Assembly: GCF_003704095.1 (NCBI RefSeq)
Contig: NW_020847472.1
Span: 310,001 to 374,000 of the forward strand
DNA length: 64,000 nt
Origin: Pocillopora damicornis
Lineage: Eukaryota
Reading direction: 5' to 3'
Shown: positions 1 through 11,944 of the stretch, one piece after another
Layout of the letters: each line of letters starts with the position of its first letter
How positions within the stretch are numbered: the first letter of the stretch is position 1
The notes under the pieces: generated by a model
What the model was told of the DNA's origin: nothing
Databases searched by the model: none
What the model saw: only the letters and a program-made list of their open reading frames with translations
Position numbers and translations under genes: made by a program

Positions 1-1048
1 ACGGGCAAAATTTTGGATCGTGCTACGAGAAAAACACCGTAATTGACAGTATTATAGCATACAGCAGGTGTTCGACATTGTCAGTTGTCAAAAAAACAAT
101 GATTCTATGCTAACGCGAGAAAGGAGCACTTACTAGTTTACTTGGCATAAACCAGGATGGATGCACCCAAGAGTTGGACAACTCTCAAAGATCACACTAT
201 TAAATTTTAAAAACTTTCATTACAAATGACTTCTACGACCTTTCTGTTTAAGTTTCCATCTTTCTTTTCACTTTCTTTATCCCCACAGTCCATTGATTCA
301 GTGTCGCCGAAAAGGCGCCACCTACAGGGTAACACAACAGCCTCTTCAACATCTCCCTTAAGAACAGTTCGCATGAAAGGACAGCCTAATACTTTATCAC
401 CTTTATGTTTTCCTTCGTCGTCCAGCCACAGTTTTGTTTGATAACAAAGTTATCATTTTAAATTTTAGGGTGCAAAGAGGACCATAATCCGGGGCACCAA
501 TGTTTGACAAAGTTCAGCTGTTTCAAGAGTTCAAAAACAGATCAGAAAAGCCCAAAAAAATGGCAAATTTGAAAAAAAAAACTTCAAAAAGGCAACCCTA
601 AAATTGGTTTGACAAGCCATACAGTACATGATTCATGCCTAACGTAAACTACTACGTAGCTACTACAAAGGAGGATTATCAATTTCTTTATCTCTATGAT
701 AAGCTGCAGGCTGCATCTCTTACAGTTACACGTGTGTAGGAAAAAACAGAGGGATATAATTAGAATGATACTATACGCACAGCTTTTTAGCTGTCTTCAA
801 CTGTTTTTATTTTTGTTAATTTTAATCACTTTATGCCCATGATTTAACAAAAGCGTGATAACATGGATCACTAAAATCTCCTTTGCAAGACAAAGAAACG
901 TGACCTCATATAGCTCTAATACCTTTGAAAACAAACCTTCTACACTATACTCAACAGATACAACACAACGAGAGTGCTTTTGACCAAAAAAAGATAAAAA
1001 TGTTTTTTTTTCATCGACTATGAGTTATTAATTTACAGGGGTCGTCTC

Positions 1049-2065
1049 TTAGAAGACATCGCCTCTCTCTTCGTGTAACTTCATATGTTTCCTTAACGAA
1101 TTAACCTCACTGAAGCGCTTCTTACACTCCTTCAATCGACACAAGAAAGGTCTGTCTGAGGTATGCACATGCGAGTGCTTCTTCCTGTCACTTGAGTTGC
1201 CAAAACGGCGTCCACAGTCGGGAAAAGTGCATAGAAATGGCTTCTCTCCAGTATGTGTCCTCTTGTGTATTTTCAGATTCTCCGCACGTGAAAATCGCCT
1301 ACCACATCCAAGGTACATGCACATAAAAGGCTTCTCCCCAGTATGAACTCGCAGATGGTTCACTAGCCTGTAGCGTTCCTTGAATGGAAGCCCATTCCTG
1401 GAACAGTCCTTCCAACGGCATACGTATCGCAGTGAGGTGCTGTTGTAAATATGAAGCTCAGTGACATGGCCTACCAAATGGTCTACGGTGCCAAACACTT
1501 GATCGCACACAGAACTAAGCTCTTTATCATGATGCTGAACTACCCAGCAGCACTTTAGTGGGTTATGAGGCGCAGGCAGAGCCAGGCTATAGGTGATGGG
1601 TGGATCCACAGCAATTCCCAACCCTGGCGGTGCATTGTAACTCGCAGCAAAACTCTGAAAATTCAAGTTGCTTCCATCGTATTCTTTTCTGGGAAAGGTT
1701 AGCTGGGCACTTTGAAAGTCTTGATGGGAGTTATCCCAGGCTTGAGGAGGCATTCCATGCTGGACTGTGGACGATAATGTACTGCCCGTGAAGAAAGCTC
1801 CTTCGTAGCAAGATATTGGTATAATATTGGTTTCCAACTCGCCAGAATCTCTTTGAGGCATGGTGTGAACGATTTGGTCACTATCTCTCATAGCTGAAGC
1901 GCAAGGGGAACCTTTGAAAAAGCTGTGGGGCGGCGCCCCACGGAAGCCTAAGGTGCACGAGCTCGACGGCATAGTTGGTCCGACCACGTACGAGTCTGAG
2001 GGCTGCAGAAAGTCCAAACAAGGCAACGCTGGAATTTGGGTAAAGGGCATACGAAAGCCGGCCAT
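1049..2065 (-). CDS. ZIC: Zic-family C2H2 zinc-finger transcription factor, single exon, divergent
   Basis: 338-aa ORF with five tandem C2H2 fingers, CW motifs in ZF1/ZF2 (CCWV, CRWKDC) and Zic-diagnostic strings RAENLKIHKRTHTGEKPF and FGNSSDRKKHSHVHTSDRP. No intron in the finger region. Confidence 0.93.
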   Translation of the reverse strand: MAGFRMPFTQIPALPCLDFLQPSDSYVVGPTMPSSSCTLGFRGAPPHSFFKGSPCASAMRDSDQIVHTMPQRDSGELETNIIPISCYEGAFFTGSTLSSTVQHGMPPQAWDNSHQDFQSAQLTFPRKEYDGSNLNFQSFAASYNAPPGLGIAVDPPITYSLALPAPHNPLKCCWVVQHHDKELSSVCDQVFGTVDHLVGHVTELHIYNSTSLRYVCRWKDCSRNGLPFKERYRLVNHLRVHTGEKPFMCMYLGCGRRFSRAENLKIHKRTHTGEKPFLCTFPDCGRRFGNSSDRKKHSHVHTSDRPFLCRLKECKKRFSEVNSLRKHMKLHEERGDVF

Positions 2066-3957
2066 TTTACAAGCCTCTCTGCGAATTTAAGCGAAACTGT
2101 ACGAGAAGAGTTCAATTATTTGAGTGCTTCGGGTAAACAAAACAAGCTCTAATTATGTAATATCATACAAATCGACCAAGCAGGCCTGTCGATTTTTATC
2201 TTTAATCCGCACATCCTGATAAATGTTCACGTGTTTAATACATCAATCACTGAGCATCCATATTATTGTTATGGTAATTTGCGGCTACTTTCTTTATGGC
2301 GTATCTGCTACGAAAAAATAACGACGATCATATTTCAACACCTTTGTCTCAATCACGTAGTTCGGACAACGTATTGATTCGTTTCCAAGCACGAGTACAA
2401 CTTCGCAAGTGTAATAAAAACTTCAATCAACGTCTCCAAGATAGAAGAGTAAAAACTATGACAAGAGACAAGAAGATTTTCCGTCTCAACGAGCAGAATG
2501 AACCATATGCATTTCTAGCAACTTGTAAACATAGAATCCTTCCCTCTAATAATGGGAAGATGGACAATCGACACTGACAAAGGAAGTTTACCTTACCAAA
2601 TTTCTGGTTTTTCTCAGCATGGCTAAAAGGCACCAAAATGTCGTAAACACATTCACAGGCACTACGATATTAATTAGAATTTTTAGGACTATACTGTTTA
2701 CTTAGCCGATAACATGCTTAAAGACCATTTTATAGTGCTGTTATAGATATTAAAAGATTGCATAAACACCAGCTACGTTAAAAAAATCTCACAACAGAAA
2801 AGGTAGCAGTCAGTAAGTCTGTCGCACAACGAAACGACACTTTTCATCACTGCATAAAGTGTCAGTCACAAGGTAAATGAATTGAGAAGAAAAAATATTA
2901 GGGAGGCCAAAAATAACGGTGACATGATCGGCCATCATGGATTCATGGTTGTCCTTTTCACTATGAAATTGGGAGCTTTTCAGCTTTTTCGCATGACATT
3001 AAATTAATAGTTAAATTACATAATCGGCGAGTCAAAAAGGCTTTTAGCGGAAAATGTTTCACAATAGACTACCCTTATCTCAACTCTACAAAACAAAGGA
3101 ATGAGTTTCCTCAAAATGAGGCGCTTTAATAACAAGATATCTTTCGGTACTTCTTATAAAACTGTCTTCTGTTAGCAAAAGAACAACTAATATCAAATTC
3201 AATTACGAAAGGTATTAAATACATATTCAATTTTCAAGTCAACTTTGAGGCTTTTAATTTCCTCCTCAAGTAATTATGGCTTGACAATATGCAAGTCGTA
3301 GGAGGTTTTCCTAATTAAGAAAAAACAACAAGGACAAGTGAAAAACTAGACCAGTCGTATTATGCATTAACTAAGGGAACATTACACCTCAATTAACCCT
3401 CATATGAATACAAAATGCCACAATGCTCACTATGTAACCAGAGAATCCTTTTTATTATTTTGAGACAATAGTCAATCTAACGCGACAAAACTGCTAACAG
3501 TTGGAATTTAACATGAAAATTCACACGTCCTCTTAAAAACCGTAACCCTTTTTAAGTTTCTTTGTGTATCGTCCATATAAACCAACTTAAATTATAAATG
3601 AAAAACGAAGCAAAATTGATTAAAAAAAACTACCAAGAAGTATCAGTTAGGAATCTCACCATGTTTGTTGTTTAGGAAAAAAACATATATTTATGCTTAG
3701 GAAGAAATGATTACTGTACACCAAACGTTGTACACCTTAGCCTCTTTCATGTCAATAGCTTTGTATACTAAATTTATTCTGTCGTTTTATTTTAGTTATT
3801 GTATCAAAAATACGTACATCGGTTGTTTTTCACATGGCAAGGGAGTCTTATCTAAAAAACTAGGCCATGTTTGACTACCAGGCATTACAAGAGCGACGAA
3901 GACGAGGTTTTCGGAAGACCTTACATCAGAATTCACCGAGGTAAAATTTACGGGGTT

Positions 3958-6900
3958 CTAAACGTTTTCTGCCAATATTTCTGTCCCTTTACCTTCCAGA
4001 ACACCCAAAGCACAAACAGAGTATGCATCAGATCCCGACATTATATTCAAGACAAATACCCGCGTATTTCCTTTAGAAAGATGAATGATATTAGAAGCTG
4101 TTTGAAGCTTGCCGCGAACACCACCTGTGACGTCATGTTCAAGGCTTGATGTTGTTATGGCGTTAGAAAATCCCCCATCGGATTTAACAAACACTTCTCT
4201 AAGTAATGATGCATCTAGAGATGGGATAGTAAAGGTGGATCAGCAATGCTGAAAGCTTTATGTGAGTTAGTAGAATAAGAAAGTTAGTGAGCGTTAAACT
4301 AGGTAATGAGAGAACGACAGATTTTCTTTTCCTGTCAAGGTCCATCTTATTTTGAGGAAAAAAATTATCAGTAATACAAGTGACCCTCTAGTCCCTGGCC
4401 CTAAAATCTAAAATATCCCTTTACCTGGTTTTTCTGGAGGCTTGTCAAAAATCCCATCTACATCTGTCAAAAACACAACCCGTCTGGGTCGAAGCTCTTC
4501 CACCAGTTTCTAAAAGTCATAGAGAGAGATATCACATACTGAGACCTACATATCGCCCGAGAGCCGTCCTAGAACCCATTTTTAACAAAATACATAAATG
4601 AACAGTCTTTCAGGCACAGATATCTAATGGCACCCTGCCCTGTGGCAAACAAAATAATTTGGTTTTATCAACTGAGTTGAGCCTGTGATAAGGTAAATTG
4701 GCCACCGTAAAGAGTTTCGCGCGTCAGCCCTTCGTCAGAGCGAAATGATCCATCTGAGAGAAGTGCCTGTAGTAGACAGTTCCCTCTTCTGAATGTCCCT
4801 TTAATACACGAGACTTGACGATTGAGGTATTTTTAAAAAAACTACAGGCCGCAGTTTGCAGTCTGCTGTTTAGCATGTCCTCGCTTCTCTCATTTAGATT
4901 CGTGGATACTTGTTTACACCTAAATCTTTAACATAAGAGTTCCGCGCGGCGCGTTAACATAATTTTTTTATTATTTTCTTTTACTCGCCCGACGGACTCC
5001 GCCGAAAAGGGGGACTGCTCGTAATCTAATCTTGTCTAATCACCAGGACAAACCTCAATGATTTTGTCTCCACTCAGTATAGCACAACTCTGTGCATCAT
5101 CTAATACACAGTCACCATGGAGAACTGGCACAAAACCCTCTTGCAAAAGTTCTATGATTGGGCTTAATGTCACTCTGTTGACACGGCCTTTCCTTGTTAC
5201 CCATGATCCACAAGGCTTCAATAACACAGAGAAAAAAGGAAAAGAAAGCCATTACTTTACGATTCTAACTGATATTCCACNNNNNNNNNNNNNNNNNNNN
5301 NNNNNNNNNNNNNNNNNNNNNNNNNNNNNNNNNNNNNNNNNNNNNNNNNNNNNNNNNNNNNNNNNNNNNNNNNNNNNNNNNNNNNNNNNNNNNNNNNNNN
5401 NNNNNNNNNNNNNNNNNGGGAATAACCAAGTTGGTATCACTCCAGATAAAAAAATCAGTATCACTCCAGATATTATAGGAGCAGTCAGTGTGTTTCAAAC
5501 CATCTGAAATTCTTTCTTCACGTGCAGTTGAAGATTCTAGTTTTTTAAGTTTCAGAAGAAACTTAGGAATTGTAATAACAGCCAACTACATGTACCAACT
5601 TCAACTTAAAGCGACCCACAGTTGGTGACACTGTAAACAGTTTTACACGGGTGGAATGGACATTCCTTGCCAATCAAAGCTTAGTTGCTTAAGAAAGGCG
5701 ACTTTAGACCGGTTTAAAGGTCTCTTAACAAAGAAGATTTAATGCCACTCAACAGCAAGAAATATTACCTACTGCTATGAGCAAAAACGGCTCCTTTAGA
5801 AACCACCAAATTTGCAAAGCAATGATCAATGTGTAGCACATTTTCCATGGATAAGCCACATCCCTGATTTGTTACAAAACTTTTGGAAGAAAGGGTGCCT
5901 GTGTTAATAGTAATCAACCCATGTTAATGGTAATGATGAGGTATTCAATCAAAGGAAACGAATAAACATGCTTCTTCTGTTATGTTTTACATATTTCCTC
6001 TCATTTTTACCATCAAAAAGAATATTGAAAAAAATAACATCGAAGTAGAGTTATAATTATAACTGCTGGCCAGTCGGTAAATTCTTTAAAAGCACCTAAC
6101 CAAGTCTGGTTAATATTATCAAATTGTGTTGGATTTCATATTGTGCAGGAAAATGTTTCTTCAACCTTAAATGCCCATAAGTGATAAAAATGAAACCTCT
6201 CCCCATAATATCCATAAGTTATCCAGCAAACAGGTAATGAGAATACTCAAACTTATGGAGTAGAAGCTGTTATCTTAATCTAACACCAAACTCTCATCAT
6301 TAATTTACAAGGAAATGTCTAGCAACTAGAGGGGAGGATTAACAATCAGATTTCAGGAGTTAAAAATGGTTGACAAACTAGACTATGTACCAATTCAAAA
6401 TGCAGATTTTTGAACCAAAGAGACTCCTTACATTCAATAAAACACAGTTAAGAAGGTTTTGCACTACATGTGCATGTAGTGTGTAGGTCTGCCATGATTA
6501 AGAGCATTGAACAAGCATTACACTTTGATAATTTTTCTCCACCTATAGGTTGTCACTCAACTACAAAACTGTACCTTCACCCAATATAAGTCATGTTTCA
6601 AGTGATAGAAAATAGTGACAGGATTCCAAATCAACAATCTACTACGGGAAGCTCTCTGCTCCAAAACTGCGGTTTCACAGGCCAGTTGGCAGCAGTACCA
6701 GATTGGTATAAGGAAGAAAAAGGTTTCAGTTTCATGGAAGCTCAAATCACTTTTTCAGGTTTAGCTTGCTGTGACGTAACTACAGCTTACATTTTGTAAT
6801 CAATAATTGTCAACCACTCATCTTAAAAGGACTCACATATGATTTATGATAAAATATGTTTTTCTCACTGAAGGATTATCACATTTGTTACCTAAAGGAC

Positions 6901-8002
6901 TGATTACCTTGGCAAGTACACCTACACTGTACTTACTGAAATTCCCAATGCTGGAATACCACTGTCAACAAACACTTCGGTGATTATATGTAACAGCTAT
7001 CAAAACAGAAAACAACCAAAAAAAGAAAAATGTTATTTTACAAGGACCAAATTACAAGGCTCCTTTTTCAAGGTACAGATACATATGTAGTCTTGAGGTC
7101 AAATAAAGGGCCTATTTTTCCCCTTCAACTAAAAGCACAAACCTATTTTTAAGCTGTCACCTTGTACATTAAACAGTAAGTTGTCTGCAGTCATCCCATG
7201 TCTTTTAAGTCCAACATTCAAAGTTTAAAGTAAATTACGTCAACATGAAAATAAAATGTACAAAACATGTTTCCTTAAACCAAGAACAAACTTTTAATAT
7301 GATGCACCTTGGTCACCGAGAGCCTGGTTTTAGCAAACCCAATACGGCCCTTTGAAGTGTCATTTGAGAATCCATGTGCTGTTCCATACTCATGGGCCTG
7401 AAAGTGTCCAAAGGATCTATAATTCCAGAGGGGAAATACACATAATTATTAACCTTTTACATCAATATGCTTAATTTACCTATTTTTCTCTATTAATATC
7501 CTATGGCGAGGAGAATTTGTTCAACAATCAAGTCCTCCTTGCGTGTGTGGTCATTTCCTGCATTCTTATAACCTTAATTTTTGATTCAGGAGTGATACTG
7601 AATTTAAAAAAAATAAAAATAGATGCTAATCACTCTTACGGATAAAAAAGCCAAACAGTGAAACCTGGCTAACATGTGAGACAACCAAAAGTAAACTCTT
7701 CTGAAATGGCTGTTTAGGGGTGTTGCAATAGTTGAAAGATATTATTCAACTTTGTCACGTTTTAATGTCTTTTGATTTTCCTAAGTCCTCCAGATGAATT
7801 TCTGCAGCACGCAAGAATACCTGCACTGTGCTTCAACCTACCCAGCGCCATGAATGACGATGCATTTTTCCGCGGGGAGTTTTTTCACCAGCTCAGCCGC
7901 AGCTAAGATTGCCTCACGTTTGACAGTTTCAAAAACATTTTTGTGCGTAACTGCAGAACCTCCAAGTTTTATGACGACTTCTACTGCGCATTTGTCCGCC
8001 AT
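3958..8002 (-). CDS. ipk: Isopentenyl phosphate kinase (amino-acid-kinase family), 6 exons, about 277 aa
   Basis: Exons 8002-7842, 7416-7308, 6996-6937, 5215-5054, 4509-4425, 4214-3958, all GT-AG and phase-consistent (834 nt). Motifs IKLGGSAVTHK, IHGAGSFGH (IPK-diagnostic His), PVLHGD, ILSGD, FLTDVDGIF and HDVTGGVRGKL. In-frame alternative ATG at 8008. Confidence 0.88.
4655..4743 (-). mobile_element. Family A remnant in IPK intron 4; hammerhead lacking its cleavage triplet
   Basis: tttggttttatcaactgagttga..taaattggccaccgtaaagagtttcgcgcgtcagcccttcgtcagagcg. The minus strand keeps CUGACGA..GAAAC but lacks GUC-AGC. Confidence 0.6.
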
Positions 8003-8818
8003 AAACATGGACGGAGTAACAAGAATGGTAGATTTCGACAGGCGTTCGTAGGTGCTCTCTTTAGTCCTCCTCTGTAGGAAAGTTGGTACCAGCCTACTGA
8101 AGTTCCTCGGCCAAAATAAATGAATTAAGTATTAAAATGAGTTGGAAAGGGAAATAAAGTGGTCAAAAAGAATAATAATGAAACAAAATGAAAACAAAAA
8201 ACAAAAAACAAGAAAAAAAAGAAAAATCAACAGAAAAATGAATCAATCAAATACATAGTTACAAAAATGTACTCACTCGCACTAAAACATAATTAAAATT
8301 TTCAAAAATATTTACTTTCTAGGGAAACAAATTGAAATTTAATTAAACGATTTGCGTTAACTTTGTTTACTGCCTCTATCACAAAACAAATGGCAACAAT
8401 ATCTTGAATAATCTACAATTTAGAACTACGCCAGTCATTTTTCTGTGTTGTGAAAAATCGATAATATGCATGACAGTTCCATTTCAAGGTGCGGTTAAAA
8501 TTGGCGAGCCTATTGTATACCAATATTTACATTAATTCGCTTGAATGACGCCTGATTCAATTTGTCAGATGATATCACATGTTTTTCAAAAGAAGTCAAT
8601 CGGAATTTGCCTAATGCATTAAACGCTACATTTACAAGAACTGAGTGACATATTTGGTTAGTGGTTTCAGAATTTCAAGGGTTATCTTTCTTTCCACAGA
8701 CCGCGACTCTTAGGAAGGCAGATGTTCTGTGCGCTAAATTGACCACACCACTTTTCCTATAATGACTTTGATTCTTTTAAATATTTCATTGCACGTGCTG
8801 AGTACTGCACCAAAAGCA

Positions 8819-9729
8819 ATGGATTTCGAGCAAAGCAAAATTTATCACAAAGACGGGAGCAGAATTCTCCCGCGGAGAAAATTCAAAAGAACAGTAGGCA
8901 CCAGGCAGCCGGCCACGGGACACATCAACAAAGAGCAACTGACTCAACTGAAAGAAGCGTTCAATCTCATCGACCAAGATCGTGACGGCGTTATAAGCAA
9001 AGATGATCTACAGAAAATCTTAATTTCTCTCGGGCAGAAACCGACAGACAAGGAGGTCAGGGAGATGCTGAACGAGGTACAAGGAAATGTGGACTTTGCA
9101 AGATTTCTGTCCATGTTTGCTTCTAAGATGGGTTCCGCAGACCCCGAAGATCTAATCCGAAACGCCTTTACATGTTTTGACGAAGACTGCGATGGAGTTT
9201 TAAATTTCGACGATTTCAAAGAACTCTTGATGACGATGGGTCTGAGGTTAACAGAGCAACAGGTATCAAGGCAATTTCCAAAATTTGATCAGTTGGTGTA
9301 GTTAATGCTTTCACTAAAATTAATTGGGTCTAAGTTTTTATTTATGTATTTTGCCCGACTCAAGTATAAAGTTCTCAACTCAATTCAGTAGACTCGATTA
9401 GCCTCAAGAACGTAGCGAGAAAAAAAAAACCTCAGTCAACCAAATTTGCTAAGTATTCTGTCATTGCCTATATTATAGGGTTAGGCAATATTCCAGAAAA
9501 AAATATAAAAACAAATGATAAATGCAAGAAGCGGTGAATGACATATTTTACAAAGTGCCCTTCCCTTTATCTACTTCATATAATTTTTCTTTCATATTTG
9601 CCTTAATTTTCTTTTCAATCTTTGAAGGTTGATGAAGTTTTCCTGCAAGGAGCTCTGACTGATGAAGACGGGCGATTTAACTGCGAAGACATCGTGCGAC
9701 TGTTAAAATACGGAGAGGGTCTTAAGTGA
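8819..9729 (+). CDS. Myosin regulatory light chain-like EF-hand protein, 2 coding exons, about 181 aa
   Basis: Exons 8819-9262 and 9628-9729 (upstream in-frame ATG at 8762 also possible). LKEAFNLIDQDRDGVISKDDL, DPEDLIRNAFTCFD, ELLMTMG and C-terminal LLKYG match the RLC pattern. Confidence 0.88.
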
Positions 9730-11944
9730 GGAGGGTGTAACAATCTTTCCTCCGAAGCATGCCAATCTGTGTTCTATGTAACCAGATCGTTTCTAAGAAA
9801 CGCATACGATTTAAGAATGATCATAACATTAAAAGAAAAAACATGGCGTTTTGCGTGAAACTCGCTTCTCTTTTCAGTTAATTAGCTTAAAAGTTTACTC
9901 AGTCACTTTAAGGCTCAAAGGGAATATTTATATGGCCCTGGATACCAAGACAACCCTCCCCTTCGAGAAAAATTTGTGGAGAGTCTGCATCGAGTTGTGA
10001 GTTGTGACAGCGGTCCCCTCACCAGTCTCTCTCGTGACAGGCAGGTTACATGTTGGACAAAATGGTCTCCGCCGACCTAATACACTAAAGCTCCGGAAAC
10101 AATTTGAACCGTCTCGTTCCGAGCAGGCGAGCTGAAGTGTCTATATGAGAAAAAGTTCTCCCGCTTAACAGGGTTACCCTACCTGCTGAAGCGAGACAAC
10201 TCGCCCTCCCGAGTATTGTCGCGGATACCCAAGACCATGTTCCTATTGTTAATTACAATAGGCCCTAAGAAATTTTTATTCATACATGGAGACTTATTTT
10301 CGATACTTAGTCACCTTTGTGTTTTATGCACTAATCCCCATCAGGAGAAAAAAAATCTTATCATTTCCCATTAATTATGAACTACATCTCACCTAGAAAG
10401 CTTGCGTCAGTTTGACTTTATTTTGGCTTAACTGCGGGCAAGCCCTTATTGTATAGGCGATGCGGTACGAAGGTTTCTTCGCCCACGGAAAGTGTAGGGC
10501 CTGGAGCGAGGCCAGCCGGCTAGATATCTGCCTAAGGTCTAGTGTAGCAAGAGGATTTCTAGTTTTTAAGTCTACTGTGCTAATGCTGATGTAATATATG
10601 AAGTTCAACATATGGAAACTGCGGAACTTTTGCTAAGCTCTGCATAGCGTAAAGTACTACCAATTGTTATTCAGCCAGCCGTAAACAGTAGTCTTTTGTT
10701 CGAAACTGTAATTATTTTTAAACTGTAAACGTTACCTGTGTAAGTCCTTCGTTTAGTTTTTATCTATCTGTGTTGTTTTGAAAGTAATTTTAAGATCTAA
10801 TTAAAGGCGAAATTCCTCTCCAGCCAATCGCTCTTATTAAAATGTATTAGATAGTTTAAAGCACGACCAAATCCTTTAGATAATTCATAACCTTACCTGA
10901 CTCTTTGTCTTTTAGGCTTAAATAGAACTGTGTTGTAAAGCTTTCTTTGGTCTTTATTTTGGTCAATTCTTTGGTCAGAAATTTGCCAGAACTGCAGATT
11001 AAAACGTGTGTTGAGGTCAAGTTTGCTGAAAGTTTTTGTCTCATCGATAGTCAACCATCGTAACAGATCTCAACCTTCGTGCTGCCAACGATAGTTTTTC
11101 AGGAAGAGCCCTTTGACAGAGATTTTATTTTAGTTTGTCCCCTGTCCGTCCCCGACGTTATTTGTGAAGGCAAAGACTCGTTAGCGAAACGAACGGTTTC
11201 CGTTACCTGTAGTTGGTCTATCGATGCAGTCTCTTTATGAGGGAGTAGCCCTATTTCTTAAAAAAAAATTATATCAGACAATCCTTTTTTTTGCCTTCAC
11301 ACATATATTGGTACGGACATAGAAAAACTCAGCAATCTCTTCTTTCGGAAGGGTTCCTTCTAAGGGAACACTCGCTGGCTGCGAGAGGTTCGGAATCTAT
11401 TAATTAATATCTTTATACTGTCGAACCAGTCGCATACACAACCTCTCAATTCACAGGACACATCCATCCTAGGGAAACAAAATTTGTTCCCGATTCAAAA
11501 TTTTTCCATAGCCAGTTCATCGGTCACTTTTATTGAAGGGACACTTCTTTTCAGGGGAAACTTTCTCTGCTCCAGAATATGTCCTGTAAAGTCAATTTCC
11601 AGGATTAGATTTTGATACAGGATTTTTGTTTTTCTGGATTGGCCCGACGAGCGAAGATCATATGTCTGTTTTGAACAGAGAGTAATGCGTTCAGTAAAAT
11701 TATTTCATCAAAACTGATCGCAGTTCTTCCATTTTCTTCAAACAGAGGGGAAAAGTTGAGAATTTCCGTAGTCTACCTTTCAGAAAGGTTAAGAAACCGA
11801 TAGTGCTCTACTTGTTTATTTTATCTCTTGTCCTATTATCTCTTCACGTAACCTCTTCCTATTAGATGTTTTTTTCCAACGTGAATGGTATTAGACTTGC
11901 TAATACGGTATCTATTACTCCGAGTCAGGTGAACAAACAAAGCA

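Noticed and set aside
1785-1805. EGAFF as the Zic ZF-NC motif
   Set aside because: It lies about 80 aa upstream of ZF1 and lacks the following RYMR; likely coincidental.
226-2636. Short ORFs around and antisense to Zic, and most other ORFs under 130 aa in the track
   Set aside because: No domain signal or splice-consistent context; they are antisense shadows, intron read-through of real exons or chance ORFs.
5058-5585. ORFs spanning N-runs (also 19155-19388, 39879-40088, 61925-62239)
   Set aside because: They are open only because gaps translate as X.
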